A stretch of DNA of 64,000 bases from an uncultured Pseudomonadales bacterium (lineage in GTDB: Bacteria > Patescibacteriota > Microgenomatia > UBA1400 > UBA1396). The notes below the pieces were generated by a model that saw only the letters and a program-made list of their open reading frames with translations, ran no database searches and was not told the origin of the DNA. This document shows positions 60,393 to 64,000 of the stretch, piece after piece. Numbering within the stretch: the stretch's first letter is position 1; each line of letters opens with the position of its first letter. The DNA lies in the NCBI GenBank assembly GCA_964447905.1, contig CAYUUK010000005.1:279-64278 (forward strand), in the 5' to 3' direction. The position numbers and the translations under genes are program-made.

Positions 60393-61511
60393 ATGATTCG
60401 GCCAATAAGCGATGTTTCAGAATGGGGCTACCACAGCGTGGTCAAGCCGATTTTGTTTTCCATTCATCCTGATCACATTCACGAGAATTTCTTAAATGCT
60501 GCGGCAATTCTGCCAAGTATTCCTGGCGTCTTACCCTTTTTTCGTAAAGCGTGGTCGTACCATGATCCCCGTTTAGCACAAGAAGTTGCGGGTGTTCATT
60601 TTCCACTTCCACTGGGCATTGCTGCAGGCTATGACTATTTGGCGAAAGCCGCCTCGGCAACCGAAGCACTCGGCGTGGGCTGGCACACATTTGGGACTGT
60701 TACCTACGGCTCATACGCGGGCAATACACCCCCACTGTACGGTCGATTGAAGAAATCAAAGTCACTTTGGGTGAATAAGGGATTTAAATCTCCTGGTGCG
60801 GCGGTAATAAAAACGAGTATTAAAGACCTAAAAGCACGAATTCCAGTTGGAGTGAGTATTGGCGCTACGAATCGCCGGTATGATTCGCTAGAGGAAGTTA
60901 TTAACGAGTATGTCGCTGCTTTCACCACGCTGCAGTTTCCAGAAAACATTTCGTATTATGAAATAAACATCAGTTGCCCCAACTTGCAGACTGGCATTTC
61001 GTTGTATCAACCAGCAGTTCTTGATCAGCTCTTGCAAAGCATCGATACTTTAGATATACAGCAGCCAACATTTATAAAAATGCCGGTCGATATTTCTGAC
61101 CAACAGTGCCGTGATTTGCTCGACGTAATTAAAAAACACAAAGTGACCGGTATTATTATTGGTAATCTCACAAAAAAGAGAAAAAATCCGGCTGTCTTTC
61201 AGGTTGAAGCGCAGCGATTCCCAGAGTTTGGCGGGTTGAGTGGCAAGCCTACTCAGCACTTATCCGATCGTTTGATTCGCGTAGCATATCGGCACGCTGG
61301 AAATGATCTGGTAATTGTGGGCTGCGGTGGAATCTTTACAGCTGAAGACGCGTACAAGAAGCTCCGATCTGGAGCAACACTGTTGCAGTTTATAACCGGG
61401 ATGATATATGGCGGTCCGCAAAACATTGGTCGGATTCATGCTGGAATCGCTTCGCTTCTTGAGAGGGATGGTTTTTCGCACATCTCAGAAGTTATTGGTA
61501 TTGATGCCTAA
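60393..61511 (+). CDS. pyrD: Class-2-like dihydroorotate dehydrogenase homolog with altered motifs
   Basis: AAG, GTVT, NISCPN, GGLSG, GCGGI, GATLLQ; N-terminal extension. Confidence 0.75.
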   Translation: MIRPISDVSEWGYHSVVKPILFSIHPDHIHENFLNAAAILPSIPGVLPFFRKAWSYHDPRLAQEVAGVHFPLPLGIAAGYDYLAKAASATEALGVGWHTFGTVTYGSYAGNTPPLYGRLKKSKSLWVNKGFKSPGAAVIKTSIKDLKARIPVGVSIGATNRRYDSLEEVINEYVAAFTTLQFPENISYYEINISCPNLQTGISLYQPAVLDQLLQSIDTLDIQQPTFIKMPVDISDQQCRDLLDVIKKHKVTGIIIGNLTKKRKNPAVFQVEAQRFPEFGGLSGKPTQHLSDRLIRVAYRHAGNDLVIVGCGGIFTAEDAYKKLRSGATLLQFITGMIYGGPQNIGRIHAGIASLLERDGFSHISEVIGIDA

Positions 61512-61542
61512 AATACAAGTCTGCATCGTGTACAATACCATC

Positions 61543-62946
61543 ATGCAACGAACGTATATTTCTGAAACTGTTGAACACGTCGGCGAGACCGTTACCCTTT
61601 CTGGATGGGTTGATACCAAGCGTGATCACGGCAAAATCACCTTTATTGATCTGCGTGATCGGACCGGAGTGGTGCAGTGTGTTGGCTTTAAGATGATGAG
61701 TGAACTGACTGTTGAGTCGGTAGTTTCCTTAACAGGACTTATTAAAGCTCGCCCAGAGAAACTCATTAATCGAGATCTCCCAACTGGAACAGTGGAAATA
61801 GAAGTACAGAGTTACGAAGTGCTCAATGCAGCTACCGAGCTTCCAATTTTGGTAAAAGATGATGGTCGCAAAGAAAACGAAGAAGTGCGGCTCAAGTATC
61901 GCTACTTAGATCTGCGCCGTGAACGCATGCACTCGATTGTACAGCTGCGCTCCCAACTCACCCGTGCTCTCCGAGAAGAACTCTATGCAGCTGATTTTGT
62001 AGAAGTAGAAACACCGCTCCTCACCAAGTCCACAAAAGAAGGAGCACGTGACTTTGTGGTGCCATCTCGTTTCAACCCGGGCAAGTTTTATGCTTTGCCA
62101 CAGAGCCCGCAGCAGTACAAACAGCTGCTTATGACTGCCGGTGTCGAACGATACTTCCAATTTGCTCGCTGTATTCGGGATGAAGACCTCCGCGCTGATC
62201 GCGGATTTGAGTTTACGCAGCTCGACTTGGAAATGAGCTTTGTTGAGCAATCTGACGTCACTGACTTTGTTGAGTCGATGGTCAAGTCTGCTGTGCACTC
62301 TGTTGGCGGCAAGTTGCAACAAGAAAAATTCCCTGTCTACACCTATGAGCAGGCAATGAAGGAATTTGGTGAAGACCGGTTCGATCTTCGTACAGAAGAG
62401 GAAAAAGAGCAGGGCGTTTTAGCGTTTGCCTGGGTGGTTGACTTCCCATTCTTCAAGAAAGTAGACAAAAAAGACACCGCCGAAGTCCGAGATGGGAAAA
62501 GCGGTTGGACTTTTACGCACAATCCATTCAGCATGCCTCACGCCGAAGACCTAGAAAAACACATGAACGGTGAAGACCTCGACTCTATTTTGACGTACCA
62601 ATACGACTTAGTATGTAACGGCTACGAAGTTGGCGGCGGAAGTATCCGCGCACACCGACCAGAAATACTGCGCCAAACATTTGCCATCATGGGCTACAGC
62701 GAAGATGAAATTGAGCAAAGCATCGGTCACATGCTCAAAGCCTTTGAGCTTGGTACCCCACCACATGGAGGTATAGCCTTGGGATTTGATCGTTTAGTTA
62801 TGCTGTTAGCTGGCGAAACTTCTCTGAAAGAGACGGTCGCTTTCCCAATGACCTCAACCGGAAAAACTGCCGTTATGGACGCCCCAGCCAGTATTTCAGA
62901 TGAGCAGCTGGATGAACTGCATCTGCAAGTGGTTGAAAAAGAGTAA
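61543..62946 (+). CDS. aspS: Aspartate--tRNA ligase, short form
   Basis: RYLDLR, EGARDF, LPQSPQ, RDEDLRADR, GGGSIR, PPHGGIALG. Confidence 0.95.
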   Translation: MQRTYISETVEHVGETVTLSGWVDTKRDHGKITFIDLRDRTGVVQCVGFKMMSELTVESVVSLTGLIKARPEKLINRDLPTGTVEIEVQSYEVLNAATELPILVKDDGRKENEEVRLKYRYLDLRRERMHSIVQLRSQLTRALREELYAADFVEVETPLLTKSTKEGARDFVVPSRFNPGKFYALPQSPQQYKQLLMTAGVERYFQFARCIRDEDLRADRGFEFTQLDLEMSFVEQSDVTDFVESMVKSAVHSVGGKLQQEKFPVYTYEQAMKEFGEDRFDLRTEEEKEQGVLAFAWVVDFPFFKKVDKKDTAEVRDGKSGWTFTHNPFSMPHAEDLEKHMNGEDLDSILTYQYDLVCNGYEVGGGSIRAHRPEILRQTFAIMGYSEDEIEQSIGHMLKAFELGTPPHGGIALGFDRLVMLLAGETSLKETVAFPMTSTGKTAVMDAPASISDEQLDELHLQVVEKE

Positions 62947-62996
62947 GTATTTTAGCCGCTTGCAGCGCACTAGTTTCTTCCGTACACTGAAGGCAT

Positions 62997-63701
62997 ATGC
63001 CTACAGCCGCTTTGAGTTTGAAAAATATCTCCCATTCCTTCGGAAAAAAAGAGGTACTGCGTAATATTAGTTGGCAACTGCAGCCAGGAAAAACCTACGC
63101 ACTTATCGGCCCGAATGGTGCTGGGAAAAGCACTTTGTTTCGTATTCTTACTGGTCTCATTCGGCCCACAGAAGGTTCCGTACAGTACGGCACGATTGAT
63201 GTGGCCACGCAACCAGTTGAAGCACGCAAACAGTTTGTCTATTTGAGTGATGAACCGAGTATCTATCCGTATTTGAGTGGAGAAGAGTACCTGCATCTTA
63301 TGGCGTCCACTCGCGGCATTGATCGTGGCGAAGCAACGAAGCGATTACAGAAAATAGAGCGCCTCTTTCCCCATTTGCCCTCTTTGCATGAACCACTCGG
63401 TGAACAATCACGCGGAACACGCCAGAAAATCCTGTTTTTGGGCGCTTTACTGTCTCAACCTCGAGTACTACTCAGTGATGAACCAATTGTGGGACTTGAT
63501 CCAACCAGCATTCACCAATTTGGAAAACAGCTTCGCTCTTATGCGCAGTCAGGTGGCACAACTTTGCTCGCACTCCACACACTCGAATTTGCCCAAGAAT
63601 ACGTGGACGAGGTGGCCGTACTTGTAAACGGAGAAATACGAACAACTGCCGAAGTTACTGGTTCAACCCTAGAAAAACTCTACCAAAAGTACACAGCATA
63701 A
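62997..63701 (+). CDS. ABC transporter ATP-binding protein
   Basis: GPNGAGKST, SRG, DEPIVGLDP, H-switch. Confidence 0.9.
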   Translation: MPTAALSLKNISHSFGKKEVLRNISWQLQPGKTYALIGPNGAGKSTLFRILTGLIRPTEGSVQYGTIDVATQPVEARKQFVYLSDEPSIYPYLSGEEYLHLMASTRGIDRGEATKRLQKIERLFPHLPSLHEPLGEQSRGTRQKILFLGALLSQPRVLLSDEPIVGLDPTSIHQFGKQLRSYAQSGGTTLLALHTLEFAQEYVDEVAVLVNGEIRTTAEVTGSTLEKLYQKYTA

Positions 63702-63703
63702 AT

Positions 63704-64000
63704 ATGTTTTGGCAACTCATCCGTACCGACTTCATTCATCTGAAACAGTGGTGGAGTAACCACTGGGGAGCGAAAACAATCATTGCTCTGATCTCATTGG
63801 TTTTGGTGGGAATCTTTGCTATTGGGTTAGAACAAACTGCGTATTACTACTTTTCTTCTCTCAGCCAGTCCGAGCCATATGGCAGGGTAACCGCTGAGTA
63901 TATTTTGCACGCAGCGTTTATTGTTTCTCTTTGGTTTACCGCGGTATCGAGTTTCGTTCTAGCGAGTAACCATGTATGGGAAACAAACCAAGAGTGGGAT
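63704..64000 (+). CDS. Partial membrane protein, likely the ABC permease (runs off the window)
   Basis: MFWQLIRTDF... stays open to the end of the window; hydrophobic segments. Confidence 0.6.
   Translation, partial: MFWQLIRTDFIHLKQWWSNHWGAKTIIALISLVLVGIFAIGLEQTAYYYFSSLSQSEPYGRVTAEYILHAAFIVSLWFTAVSSFVLASNHVWETNQEWD

Noticed and set aside
1-64000. CRISPR array, DGR/retron reverse transcriptase, IS, prophage, rRNA, stop-codon reassignment; many short antisense ORFs in the track
   Set aside because: No arrays or hallmark motifs seen; TGA ends genes normally; the short ORFs are shadows of well-supported genes.

Overview
A gene-dense bacterial chromosomal window using the standard code (TGA acts as stop). 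The compact layout, short AspRS and many orphan or membrane genes suggest Patescibacteria/CPR, probably Microgenomates-like; this is inference, not shown. About 1-38 kb is dominated by cell-surface glycan genes: GT2/GT4, GT-C-type membrane proteins, two Wzx flippases, YfhO, an O-antigen-ligase-like protein, and an AT-richer nucleotide-sugar/acylation island at about 14.5-27 kb. The rest is housekeeping (lepB, tyrS, dus, rarA, FKBP, eno, gpmA, gltX, DD-carboxypeptidase, recJ, cca, secA, RecD/Dda-like helicase, aspS) with three tRNAs (Pro-TGG, Val-CAC, Lys-TTT). I saw no CRISPR array, rRNA, transposase or integrase. Main observations: (1) a VKOR gene coupled to a PyrD-like flavoprotein with altered active-site motifs; (2) two homologous, outward-facing pairs of tiny membrane-protein genes bracketing the glycan island; (3) a leader-peptide/antiterminator/terminator element ahead of two orphan genes; (4) -10 boxes 6-8 nt before many ATGs, pointing to pervasive leaderless mRNAs; (5) a probable -1-frameshifted ~1339-aa transglutaminase-like membrane protein; (6) an atypical Ser/Thr kinase starting just after tRNA-Lys. 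All product calls are from motif recognition by eye; no searches were run.
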